Of a stretch of 64,000 nucleotides of DNA, positions 1 through 12,780 are shown in pieces. The notes below the pieces were generated by a model. It saw only the letters and a list, made by a program, of their open reading frames with translations, had not been told where the DNA came from and ran no database searches. The position numbers and the translations under genes were made by a program. Position 1 is the stretch's first letter. Every line of letters starts with the position of its first letter. Source of the stretch: Tricharina praecox. Taxonomy: Eukaryota. The DNA is taken from NCBI RefSeq assembly GCF_024521635.1, contig NW_026250432.1, positions 186,001-250,000 of the forward strand. Reading direction: 5' to 3'.

Positions 1-18
1 AACCCCTCTCCCCATCAG

Positions 19-414
19 GTCGCCCTCCTCGCCACAATCTGGGCAATAATCACGCTGTTAATGTACCGACGGATGGGGTGGACGCCGATCTACATAGCGA
101 TCGTAGACCTCTGCTGGTTCGGGATCCTTATTGGGGGGGTAGTGGTGTTGGCGCCGTGGGTGCGGCGCACGGACTGCGTGCAGTGGCAGGGCCAGAGCGC
201 CGTTCTCAACGCCGCCGGCATGAGTGTCACCTCGGGCGACGTCACCGTCGCGAAACAGTGCATGATGCTCAAGAGCTCGTGGGGACTCGCGATACTCAAT
301 ATCATACTGTTCTTTGCCTCCGCCGTGCTGGCTTGGGAGGTCTGGCATCGGACTGGTGTCGTCGTGGTTAGGCCGAGGAGGAGCAGGAGTAGTAGGAGGA
401 ATAATGGCTGGTAG
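19..414 (+). CDS. 3' exon of a small membrane protein (MARVEL-like); 5' part lies outside the window
   Basis: Acceptor cag at 16-18, then an open frame (VALLATIWAIITLL-MYRR...) with three hydrophobic helices, a Cys-containing loop and a basic C-tail. Confidence 0.65.
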   Translation, partial: VALLATIWAIITLLMYRRMGWTPIYIAIVDLCWFGILIGGVVVLAPWVRRTDCVQWQGQSAVLNAAGMSVTSGDVTVAKQCMMLKSSWGLAILNIILFFASAVLAWEVWHRTGVVVVRPRRSRSSRRNNGW

Positions 415-854
415 GTGGTAGGGGTGAGTGGCGCATTGGATTTGGGAAGCGGAAGGGGCATGGCGCGCTGGTTGGGTGGGTGTACTGTACTGTACTTTGA
501 TGCTTTTATGATTGCGACGATGACGAGAGCGGGGTCTGGGTTTTTTCTTCGGGGGATGAGGAAATGTATATACATGTACCAATTACTTACTTACCTTGGC
601 CGTATACCGTGCGAAATGGCTGGTGTTGGAAGATGAATTGGCGGGATGGGCAGTATCCGGTACATCGAGTACATACCGGACGATATCAAACCTCATCTCC
701 ACGTGATACCATGAGCTTGGAAGTTGGGGAAACATTTCTGTATGATCTCGCGTCTCGGTGTCTTGGAGCCTCAGGCTCTCAGCTCCCATCTCCTCTTGTC
801 CATGTAGTTATCCGACACAAGCCATCACTCCGCATCCGTATCTACTTTCTTGAT

Positions 855-1022
855 GATATTGTGCATCTTAGTACCTATTCCGGTATCACTGCTACTTTCC
901 AGTGTCCTTTGCATACTGCCCTCATTTTCTTCGTGGCTGCTTAGCATTGTCCATTATCCATGGCTTCTCACCAAAATCAGCCTCGTTAGAGTAGCCAAAG
1001 CCTTCAAGCCTTCAAGCCCCCC
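855..1022. repeat. Dispersed repeat, copy 1 (copy 2 at about 25243-25392, same orientation)
   Basis: Shared blocks ctgctactttcca, atactgccctcattt, ctgcttag.attgt, catggcttctcacca..tcagcctc, aagccttcaagcccc. Confidence 0.8.
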
Positions 1023-2312
1023 GTCCAGTCCGGCGGCGACTATCGTTGCATCCTCTATCTGAAGCCCAGCCTTCTAGTCTTCTACACGAGCTCGTTTCTC
1101 TTTATAAGCAGTCTTCTTTCTCTTCTTTCTCTTCTTTTCCGTATCAATACAATCAATCAAGTCAAGTTCTTCTCCCAATTCCAACACTTTTGTACTCGAG
1201 TACTTGGATCATCCGGCTCTTCCGGGAATTCGGGATCAATAGCGGCTCAGGAGTCAGCGTGCCATTCAACCAACGATTACAGCTTAGATAAACAAACCCC
1301 AAATAGAAACAGAAAGGAAACAGAAAGAGACAAAAAAACGGCTTGGCGTGTTTCAAGTTTCAACTTTACTGCCCGGGGATCTGCTTCGTTTTCCTTTTCC
1401 TTTTCCTTTTTCCTTTGCCTTTGCACCTGCAGGAACAAGAGACAGCAGCAGCAGTAGTAGGCCCTGAAGCCCTGACCGGACTGCGGATGATGTGAGTTGT
1501 AACGGCCCTGGCCCCCGGCGGCGATTCGGCTTCCCCGTGAGCACTGGGGAGTCATAGAAACTAGGAACCCGTATCGTACTGCGCTGCATCGGATCTTATG
1601 TAGGCACATCGATACGAGGGCCGAGGCGTACGTGAGTCGGAGATACGGTACGGTACTATGATATGTGTATCATTTAAACACAGGGAGCTTCTCACCGTAC
1701 CGTATTCGGTTCTGGCGAAACATCGGTTGTTTCGGCGGGGCCATGGGAATGGGAAGGTCAGACCTGTAGGTAGGTTGCTGTTGTTTCCTGGCCTGATGGC
1801 TACGCGACTCCCCTCCCCCGCACCTTGTTACATAGAGTTATGTAGTCACCTTCCTGCCCGTGCCATGTATTTTACCCATCAAAGTTACCACACCCCCCAG
1901 CATTCCCAGCAGCCGCTCCTCGCCTGGTGAGCTGCATCCATCGTAGCGCTTATGTATAGTATGCCATCCAGTGCATCATACCGTACATACCGGTATGTAT
2001 CTGTTTAAACACCTCGTTTACCACTTGGATACGTTGGGAAACTTCCGTTCCGCTGACCCCGAAGGCTGACGCAGTGTGTCGAGGTATATAAGTACGGTAT
2101 GATATGTATGTTTGATTTATCCGAGCTGTTTATCCCCCCTCGGTCGGGATTATATGGAAGCGGAAACAGAAGCAGGTCGACCTCACGCCTGCGTCCCTCC
2201 TCAATCGAGATTTCATGAAAGCCAGGCCTGTCCTGTCCTGTCCTGACGCCTGCCCCCTCCTCCTCCCCCTCCTCCGAATCGACCTCCGAATCGACCTCCC
2301 GCCGCCGCCGCG

Positions 2313-3702
2313 ATGCCTCATAGCGAGCCAGACTGTATGTAACTACGCTTTTTCTTTTCTTTTTCTATCGGAGAAGGGCTGGTGGGTGGGGCGCAACTGG
2401 CTTGACTGACTTGACTGGCTGGGGCAGATCCGGCGGAAACGGCGCGGCACTTCTGCGACACCGGGATCTGGAGGGATGCGCCGGTGCTCACGGGCACGAC
2501 GTCGTTCCCGCCGCTAGATGACGCAAAGAATATCCTTGTGACTGGCGGCGAGGGGTTCATGTCAGTCCGCTTCGCATCTCCATCTCAAGCTTCCGTCCCA
2601 CCAACGGGAAACCTGAAACTAGAAACTGACGAGATGGGATGGTCCGCGCAGTGCCTCCTGGCTGGTGCGCCATCTGACACTGACCTACGAGCACTACAAA
2701 ATCGTGTCCTTCGACAAACTCGAGTACTGCGCGTCGTTGAACAATACGCGGGCGCTCGACGGGCGTTCCAACTTCACGTTCGTGTTAGGGGACGTGACGT
2801 CTCCCGCCGAAGTCGGCGCCGTCCTCCGCACCCACAACATCGACACCGTGTTCCACTTCGCCGCACAGTCGCATGTCGACAACTCGTTCGCCCGCGGCGG
2901 CGGCTCCCTCGAGTTCACTAACACGAACGTCTACGGCACCCACGTGATGCTGGAGTGCGCACGCAACCATTCCCCGCTGAAAAGGTTCGTCCATGTCTCC
3001 ACCGACGAGGTATACGGCGAGGTGCCGGACGACGCCGAGGACCTGCGCGAGGATGCGCCGCTCGCCCCGTCGAATCCGTATGCTGCCAGCAAGGCCGCCG
3101 CGGAAATGCTGGTGCATAGCTACCGCATGAGCTACCAGCTGCCGGTGATAGTGGTGCGGAGCAACAACGTCTACGGGCCGCACCAGTTTCCGGAGAGTAA
3201 GCCTTCCCTCCCCCTCCCCCTCCCCCTTCCCCCAGTTTTCCAGAACAACTGATCCCCGCCACCAGAAATAATCCCGAAATTCACCTTGCTCCTTTCGCGG
3301 CGGCAGCCGCTGCCCCTGCACGGCTCAGGCGCGCACAAGCGGCGGTACCTGTTCGCGTCCGACGCCTGCGACGCCTTCGACACGATCCTGCACCGCGGAG
3401 CGATCGGGGGGATCTACAACGTTGGCTCGGCGGACGAGCTGTCGAACACGGCGCTGTGCCGGCATCTCCTGCAGGAATTCGGACATGATCCTAAGGATCT
3501 GGAAAGCCATGTCAGGCGCATCCAGGATCGCCCGTTCAATGATAAAAGGTATGCCGTTGATGACGCGAAATTGAGGGTGTTGGGATGGAGGCAGAAGGTT
3601 GGACTGCGGAAGGGGCTGAGGATCACGGTTGAGTGGTATAGAAGATACGGCGAGGGGTGGTGGGGTGGGCTGGAGGGGGTGCTGGGGCCGGGAACGGGTT
3701 AG
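2313..3702 (+). CDS. dTDP/UDP-glucose 4,6-dehydratase (RmlB-like extended SDR); exons 2313-2334, 2428-2560, 2652-3196, 3266-3702
   Basis: Spliced frame gives NILVTGGEGFIASW, HFAAQSHVD, HVSTDEVYG, YAASKAAAE, NNVYGPHQFPEKIIPKF and DRPFNDKRY. All three introns are GT-AG and phase-consistent. Confidence 0.93.
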
Positions 3703-5923
3703 GGAAGAGGGTCACGAGCACGCCTTGTTTTGGAGGTTCTCGAGTAGAGTTAGAGTGGACATGTAGACGGCAGTTTCTGGCGGAGGGGGGATATATCATA
3801 TACTATAGAGCGGTGTGATGGCCACCCGGGGGCTCCTTGTGCAAAGGAGATTCTTGTCCGAGTGGTTGTCCGATTGGTTGTCCAGCATGCTGCAGTGTTT
3901 TTTGTACGGATGCTACGTTGTTACAGACTTTGTTACGGACATGATGTATGGCAATACGGTAGATGTAGAGTAGATGTATAGGTAGTACTCTAAAGGGGTC
4001 ACATGTGCTCGGACTGTGGGCGGTGGGGGATGGGCGATGGGTGATGGGCGAGGGGCGAGGGGCTCCACGATTAGCAGCTGTTAGGATAACGTTGTTGAAC
4101 TACCTACTCCGCACACTGGAAGAGGCGTGGATCTCTGGTGAAGGTATACTTACCATGAGCCGAAGCTATCCTAGTCTCCGGGTCCGACCAATCCTGGCGA
4201 TGTCCAAGCCCAATGGATCGGGGAGAGTAAGAACACTATAGTAGCTACCGTACCCTCATGAAATATCACTTGCTAAAGTAGCCATCACTCGCCAACTAAT
4301 CAATCGCACCGTTCGACCGCCCGCGCTCTTTCAAGTTCGAAGTTTCAACCGAAAACACGGAGAGCACCCAGAGCACGGAGGGCAATCACTCTCGCCATCT
4401 CCGCATAACACTCGTACAATGCGTACAGTCCCTTTCACGGGTACGGTATGTACGAGCTGAGCTGAGTTGACCTCGATAGGGACTGGAAAGCTGGTATGGC
4501 ATGACGTCGACTCCGCGCCCGCATGCGGATTGCCACGACTCGTTGCACCGCCTTCAGATCAGATATAGCCATTTATCACTGGGCTGGACCATGCCGATAC
4601 GGTGGGCCAGCGAAGATTGAAGACACCACAGTCCGCAATCGGCAATCCGCAGTCTGCAGATGGTTGTTGGCCGCCAGGATCGCCCTCCACCCCACCCCTC
4701 ATTGATGCTCGATGATGCTCGGGGTGGGTCGCACCCGTCGTCGACGACGACGACACGGGGGTGCCAAGTTGGATTCAAGGTTCATGGTCCACGGAGCGAC
4801 TAAGTAACGGCATCGACGGTTGCATCCGTGCGGGTGCGGGATTGCGTGCTCGGAATCCGCCTTGATACCAGGTACTTAGTTGCGCCGGAGAACAGGTGTA
4901 GGTGTGTGGTGACGGTGACGGCGATGGTGCCGCCGTGTCGGAGCACAACATCGATCGGCCCCCCTTCCCCGCCCCGAGGCTTGCTATATAAGTAGGTAGG
5001 TATTAAGAGACCCTCGACGAGTACCTACGGACAACTGATGAACTGATTCAATTGACTAGAAAAAAGCAAAGCAAGAAAGAAAAACAGGCCTGCGAACTTT
5101 TAGAGGATACCTGTAGTGGTTGATAATGTCTGACGTGTTGAACAAGAGACCGACAGACTACCTAGACGAACAGAAAAGCAGGAATAGAGAATATTTCAAC
5201 GTTGAGCGATCGCATCGGGTCTGCCCGCCAACGCACCTCGGTCCCACCATAGGTGCCGCTGCTCGCCGCAACACAAAGCCGCCTCTGCCCCCGAATCTCA
5301 CAGCTTGCACCTGGAATCTAGGTTGGTTCTCGGCCTGTGTCGGCCCCATATACCGATGTCGGACACGGACAGGACGGGACGGGTACTGGCGTTCACCCCT
5401 CCCCCTCCATTCTCCCCGTGCAGTGCCGTGCAGTGCACGAATCCGCCTTCAGGCTTCGGCAAGCACAGTCGTCCGTGACGGTGACGGTGCTTGTGCGCGG
5501 CAAAGTAAAGTGTAAAGTTTAAACGATGTGGAGCGGGGGCGGGGGATTGCCCGATCGATTGCCGGGCAGGTATTTCTCGATCGATTGCCGGAGCCGTTCA
5601 ACCTGTAGTTATCCGGGCAGCAGTGTCCTCCGTCCGTGTCCTCTACGATCAGATCTTCAGAAGTCGCTTTGCGGTATGAGGTATGTAGTACTCGGAATGA
5701 AATGGTTAGGATCGACGCGCCGGGAACGGCGACGATCACCACGATCACCACGATCACCATGGCTAGATTCGACCTCTATACTGGAGTCTGGACTGCTTGC
5801 TGGACTAGATATAAACCACGGTCTTTGCCTGTAGAGTCGCCCGTAGAGTCGTTCTCCAGTTCCTCTGATTGACAAACAAACACACGAACCAACCGCTTGA
5901 TCACGTCCAATCACTCACTCACC

Positions 5924-8900
5924 ATGTCCCTCCACGCCGAAAGCGCCTACTCTCTGATCCCAAAAAAGCCCGGTGACAAGGAGAAGGCCCACTCCGCCGA
6001 GGTCGAAGAAGCAGCCAACCACTACCGTGCCCAGCACGCCGGGATTGCGCCGTACTTCCTAGGTTAGTCGTGCGAGTAGTATGTGTGTAGTTGATAGGAA
6101 AGGCAGGACTGATGGGCCACCTACCCAGGCCCGCAGGCGGAGAACCACGACTTCTTCTCGGGCTACATCAACAAGATCCTCTCGGAGCACAAGCGAGCAC
6201 GGGAGACGTACCACGGGTGCTCTGATCCCAGCGGCTCCGACGACGGGCGGTTCATCACGTCGGCGATGCAATCGCACCCATCATTCGTAGCCAGCCAGCA
6301 GCGGCTCGAGACCGAGCTGAACAACCTATTCTCGCTGCTGATGCAGCACAGCGTGCCGTTCTGGAGTCCGCGGTACAATGCGCACATGCTCATGGACACC
6401 AGCATACCCGCCATCCTAGGGTATATCACTACCATGGTGTTTAATCCGAACAATGTCTCGCTTGAGGCTAGTCCCGTCACTACTATGCTCGAGATCGAGG
6501 CCGGAGAGCAGTTGTGTAAGATGCTGGGGTTTCGTTTGCAGGAGGGGACGACGCTGCCGGGGTTTCCGGGGGAGATGGAGGGCCCCCTGTTCGAAGGGGA
6601 GAGGGTCGCTTGGGGACATGTACAGCACTCCGTTCCACTGCGCTGAGATGTAGTATGAATGCTGATGATACGAAAGATCACCTGCGGCGGCACGGCAGCA
6701 AACCTCGAAGGAATCTGGGCCGCGCGAAACCTCAAGTTCTACCCGCTGGCGATCCTGAACGCCATGGCGCCCGGCGAGGACCTCGAGTTCATCGCGCCGA
6801 CGTTCATGGTGACCACGTGCAAGGATCCGGACCACCCGGTGCTCTTCTCCAAGCTCACGACGTGGGAGCTGCTTAACCTGACGCCCGACGAGGTCCTCGA
6901 CATCCCCGACAAGCTGTACCGCGCCTATGGCATCTCATCAGCGTATCTCCAGAAAATCATGAAGAAACACAGTATCCAGTCCGTAGGCAAGGACGAGATC
7001 GAGCGGCAGTACGGTATCAAGCCCATGCACTGGATGGTCTCGGCTACGAATCACTATTCGTGGCCGAAGGGTTGCGCGCTCACTGGCATCGGAAGCAGGA
7101 ACATGATCGGTGTTAGGATCGATAACGAGGCTTGTCTGGACTTGGCGCATCTCAGAGAGATATTGGAAGAGCATGTCGAGAATGAAGTGGGAGTCTATGC
7201 CGTCACCGCCATCATCGGGTCCACCGAAGAAGGTGCGGTCGATAACCTCAAGGGAATCCTGGCGCTCCGATCAGAGTTCCAGAAGAAGGGCTTGTCGTTC
7301 GTTCTCCATGTGGATGCTGCCTGGGGTGGTTACTTTGCTTCCATGGTTCCTCACAAGGAGGAACGGGACGTGGGACTCGTTGCCAGTCATCGGCTCAGAG
7401 CTCATGTCGAGGAGGCTTATAGACATATCAAGTTTGCAGATAGCGTCACTATCGACCCGCATAAGAGCGGATATGTGCCGTACCCGGCAGGTGCTCTGTG
7501 CTATAGGGACGGAAGGATGAGGTATCTAGTGACTTGGACCAGTCCTTATATCGCTCGGGAACATCAGCCGGAGAGTATTGGAGTGTTTGGTGTTGAAGGT
7601 AAGTCCCCCTTCATACGAAGCTCCACGGACCGCCGAACTGACCAACGTCCAGGCAGCAAGCCCGGTGCGGCAGCTGTCGCTACCTGGCTGTCCAATTCAG
7701 TCATCGGGATGCGCGGTGATGGATATGGAGTGCTTCTAGGAGAAGCCTCCTTTTCTTGCAGCAGGGCGAGCATTCCCCATCCACTGATTTTCCATTATAC
7801 ACGGAGCTGAAGATTCCTCGTACATAGCTCTCGGCTCACTGGGCAGCCATGTCCACCGATGACGACGTCTTCAAAGTCGTCCCCTTCAACCTGCTCCCAT
7901 CGGAGCGGAAAGCAGGCTGTACACCAGCCGACATCGAAGCTGAGCGCAAATTTATCCGCGAGCACATCCTCCCCCTGCAGAACATTGACCTCCTCTCCGA
8001 CCCGAAGGCCCTCGGGCTCCTCCGCGAGCTCGGCTCAGACCTGATCATCAACTGCTTCGCCGTCAACTTCCGCCTCTCAAACGGCGAATGGAACACCTCC
8101 GTCGAAGAGGCCAACTACCTCAACAAGCGCATCGTCAAGCGCCTGTCCTACGTAGATCCAAAGCAGGATCTAAGCAGCGTCGAGTTCTTCCTGACATCCA
8201 CGGAGTTCGGCCACGAGTACGGCGACTGCGCCAAAAACTTCAAGCGGCGGCTCGGGCTTGACGTGAACGACGATGCGGACCTCTTCGTGCTGCGCAACGT
8301 GGTGATGAGTCCGTTCCCGACGGCTGGGAACTTCGTCACCATGCTCGCGGACATCTTCAGGAAGATCGTGGAGGAGGAGGTCAAAGTCTGCCAGCTGCGC
8401 AACTCGATCGATCCTGCCATCCACCGTTTCACCATCCAGGGCACCAGTAGCGACGGAAAGGTATTCCTCGCCTACGAGCCGTTCTTCCACGAGGCCGACT
8501 GCCTGACGCAGCTGATCGTGTCGGCGGACATGGCGCCTGCCGCGCTGTCCGCATACCTAGACCGCCGCTCAACGACAACCCGATATGCCACCTTCCACGT
8601 GGCAACCACCGAGAAGGTCCGGCTATCCGACATCCTGTCTGCCGGGCACTTCAGCGGCACAATGTACAAGGCCGACGTAACCAAAGACCTGTGGACCTTC
8701 CCGTCCGCCAATTTTCAAAACGTCCGCATCATCAAGAACCGCTCGCTCTCGGACCGATGCCAGGACGTCACCTACCCAGTCTCATACACGCCATTCTACC
8801 TGTACGGTACCGCCGCAGCAGGGGACCAACACATCTCGCACGTCCTAACCCGCGCGCCCAACGCCATGTTCCTAGCGGACAACATCGCGCTATCACTCTC

Positions 8901-9504
8901 AACACCACTGTCCTCCCTCGCCTCCGAGCTATCAAACGGCTGCATCCTAACCGCCACCACGATATTCGAGCAGTCGCGCCAACCGTTCTCGCCCGCGACA
9001 ACGAACGCCCCGCACCCGGCGGACCCGGCGTTCTTTTTCCTGCCGGACCGCACGCTGGAGGTGAGCGTCTACGCGGATCCGAACGGGCCGGAGGCCAGCG
9101 GACCCGGGCTGCTCGCGGACCTGGAGCTGGATAAGCCCCTGGCAACGGGGACTATGACGCTCGCCGGAAGCGTCTATGTCGACGCGAAGCATATCAACGA
9201 GGACGGACTGGATGGGCTGTTGTGGAATGGCTCTGGCTGGGAGGCGCCGGAGAAAGAGACGTCGGAGAAAGAGACGCCGGCTGCTGGCTGCCCGGGTATG
9301 GGCGCTGGAGGAGTGGGGGGAGGGATTGGCATCGGTATTGGATTGAGTGGGCACGGGATACAGGTTTCTGCTGGGGTGGAGGCGGGGCAGGGTGGGGTGG
9401 AGCACCATTTGGCGGTCAAGGCTGGGCTGAGAAGGGTCCCGGCGAGGAGGGGGCTGCTCGGTTTGTGGAAGGATGAGGTCCATGGAGCTCTTGGTCAGCG
9501 TTGA
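5924..9504 (+). CDS. Group II PLP-dependent decarboxylase (tyrosine/aromatic amino acid decarboxylase type) with a long C-terminal appended domain, about 1113 aa; exons 5924-6062, 6129-6619, 6677-7598, 7653-7765, 7828-9504
   Basis: Motifs FLGPQAEN, FWSPRYNAHM, NPNNVSLEASPVTT, WGHITCGGTAAN, HYSWPK, LHVDAAWGGY, the PLP-lysine SVTIDPHKSGY and GVEGSKPGA. Confidence 0.9.
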
Positions 9505-9709
9505 GGTTGTTAGGGCTTGGGTCGTTCCTGCCTTATAAAAAATGAACGTACGATACCTTGCGTGGTCAGGATGAATTCACCTTGTATCTCGCAAAACCTA
9601 CGTTTGCCCGTGGCATTACACCAGCTGGGTCCGTTAGACATATAGGCACATCTATCGCAATGACCAGAGAAGAAGCTGTTTCGTAGATTTTTTTATTCAT
9701 GTCTAAAAT

Positions 9710-11851
9710 CTATTTCTTTTTCTTCGCGGACGTAATGCTGCCTCCCGAACCCGACCTGGCACTCATCGGCCTACCGTCCGCTCCGACCACCTGTTCGTCC
9801 GAGACACCACCACCAGCAGCTACGGCCGCTGCCATAGCCTTGTCAAACGACCGTGGATCAATGCCGAGAATTCCTCCGTTACGGTCACCGCTGACCGAGA
9901 ACTCCCTGTAGGCATACTTCCACTCATCGAGGAAGGCACGAATGGCGCGAGAAAGCTTGTCCTTGCCACCCTTGGAATGGTGGCCCGTGCCGACAACCGC
10001 GTACAGTGGCTGCGAGGAAGTCTGGTGGGTCACGAGGATTTCTTCGAGGTATTTTATACCTTCGTCAGGGAGCAGACCTAAATAGTTTTGCATTAGCTTT
10101 CGATAAGAAAAGGCAACAGTAGCGGGGTTTATTTATACCATGAAGATCGACAAACAGTTCTACCCCCGGCTGCTTGTTACGCTCCTCGTAGATCGCCCTC
10201 GCTGCTTCCTTGTGTGCCTTGACCATCGCAAGGTTCTCATTGTTGGCCTTTCGGGAGTGTTCCTTGGCAGCCTTTGCATCGTTGCGTTGCCAGGCACCGC
10301 TCGCCATCTGTAGATACTTGGCACGCAGGACACCGTGGTTCAAAGCCTCCTTGCGATGCTTAAGGTACATGCGGTTGAGAGTGCTACCAGTCTCGAGCCA
10401 GGGAATCTGTTGCGGAGTCGGAATGTGGGACGCTGAAACTTTGGAAGTTCCTCTCTTCGAGTTAGGAGAACCACTGACTCCAGTCCAACGGTTGGAGCCG
10501 GGTCCAGGAGACCCCATGCGTACCACCTCGGCAAGAGACGACGGCCCGGTGGGAATGTCATTCTTGGGGCGACGGTCGCGTTTCTTGTGATTCTTTGCAC
10601 TACCGAGGGATGGGAAGGCTTCAGAGTCATCTAGCGGTATGGATGAATCCTGACTGCGGTCACGGTTCTGCTGGCGAGAGTGGGGACGCGAAGGCGTAAG
10701 CTTGAAGCCCGGAGGTGGACCGGTCATGCCAGGACCCATTCCTGAACCCCCGTTCCAATGTTCACCCGGCGAGAGCGAGGGGAAGGCAGAAGCATCTTGA
10801 AACTGGAAGCTGGGAGGTGGAGTAGAGGTTCGACTGTCCGAGCCGAGAGTCATCTTCGAGACCGACATGGTTGGGTCGTGAGAGAATATACACGTGTTAC
10901 CAGCAAGGCACGAACCCATGAGCCAATACTTGCAGATTGTTGTCCCCAGATCGTGGGAAAATCGGCAATCTGCTCTGAGGCATTGTCCAGTCGACAGGAA
11001 GAAGCGACAGACAACACCGTTACGAGGGGTAATGGGCCGGGATCTCTCGGGATTCGGGGTAGTGGATTTTCCGATGATGGCGGCACTCTCGACTGGCGCG
11101 CATAGATTATACCCGTGATGCTGTTGTTGCTGATCCATCAACATGGCCAGTGTTGCGGCCAAGTCGTACGAACAGATATCCAGCGCTTGATCGATCTGCT
11201 CATCCGAACGCCCCTCCCCCAAAACAGAACGTAGCATGTCGTGTGGGGTCATGTTCTGGGTCGGCCCCACGCCGTACATGTAGTTGCTATCATCTCCGAT
11301 GAGCCACTGCACCGTTTCGCTTCCCAGATCACCGTAGGCTTCGGAAGGAGCGCTTGTCACGTCGTGGTGGAGCACCGGCTCATAGTTGTTGAGGGTTGGA
11401 GAGTGCGGTATGAGAGGAGACGAGTACGCGAGCCTCGGGCTTGGTCTCGGCGACGGGAACGGCGAAGATCTGAGCGACGGAGGGAAACCGGGAGCCAGAG
11501 GAGGGGTACCGCCGAGCGATGGAGCTGGGGTGCCTACACGCTGGAATTGCCACGGAGCCGGGGAAGCACGACGGATGATGGTGTGGTTGTTACGGATGGG
11601 AGGCGATGAAGCGGGTGAGCTTTTGGTACGGTGTCGCCAGAGTACATCGAGAACCTCATTGTCCAGTACGCTGCCTTCGAGATCTGTCTTGCTCGCGATA
11701 AGAGTCGAGATTCGCTCAGCTTGATCTTCCTCGAGGATACTCTCGTCTTTGACGAGTCGCGCGAAGGTTAGCCGTGATCCGGAACGGCCACCTTTCGATG
11801 CCTACCTTGAAGGATGACGAGGCATTCCCCAAAGAGCTCGTCCGATATCAT
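9710..11851 (-). CDS. CCCH zinc finger and Smr (DUF1771+Smr) domain protein; exons 11851-11806, 11746-10139, 10077-9710
   Basis: Two CCCH fingers (CRFFLSTGQCLRADCRFSH, CKYWLMGSCLAGNTCIFSH) and Smr motifs VDLHG|LLPDEG and VVGTGHHS. Start MISDELFGECL; GT-AG introns. Confidence 0.9.
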
Positions 11852-12428
11852 GCTCTACGAAGGGGTAGTCTTTCCTTTGCACGAAGCGTCGCCGACGGAT
11901 GTAGTGATTTAGCAATCCGTTATGGTGATTATTGCTTTTCCGAACGAAGTTCACGTGTAGCGAGGAGGAAACAGCTTGTTGGGGGAAGCTCAAGGGATGG
12001 GCAGGTTAACGGCACCAGGGTGAGGCTAGGTGTTTTTTCGTTTGGCACCTATCCGAAATCCAAACCGAGTTATCGAAGGCTCCTCGTTTTGGGATCGTTA
12101 TTTCGAATGGAGTGCGATGTCAGGAAAGCGAATAAGCAAAAAGAGACATGAGAGCGGGGAGAGATGGAGAGAGGGGGTTGGATATGATTGTGAGAGCAAA
12201 GATATAAGAGAGAGGAAGGGGCAGAGAAGGTGTGCGAGCGAGCTGCAACGACTGGAGACGGGCCGACAGGGAAGTGTCCTGAGACTCGACGCGGGGGGGC
12301 AGGGGAGTGCGAGCGCTGCTCCGTGCTAGGTAGATACTTTGCAGGCAAACTGTAAAAAGGGGACCGGGTGCGGATAGGTTTGGCGGACGAGTGAGGCCGA
12401 AAGTGCCTCGTGTGCTGTGCGGGGCACG

Positions 12429-12780
12429 GGGTTAACTTGATGGAGATTACGATTGCCTTGGGCGACTTTCTCCACTTCCATCGATAAGTTGAGCAGAGAC
12501 CGAGCTCGAGTCAGTTGACGGAGCCACTGTGTGGCGCTGAATGTGCTTAGTGCAGTGGCGGTGCGCACTTGACCGGAAGGTCGTTGGGCTTGGCGAGGCG
12601 GTTTAGGTTCGGGCCTGTGGTTAGCTTTTGAATAGACACACATCGTTGCGTGCAGTGTCACGACTACCTATTCTACGGGCACCAGGGTTAACCCGGTGAA
12701 GATTACGATTGCCTTGGTAGGTTGACCTCTTCCACTTCCATTGATGAGCTTAGCAGAAACCGAGTTCGAGTTAACGACCA
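12429..12780. repeat. Diverged ~90-bp direct repeat pair (about 12429-12520 and 12685-12780)
   Basis: Shared core gggttaac..agattacgattgccttgg..tccacttccat.gat.ag.t.agcaga.accgag.tcgagt. Confidence 0.75.
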
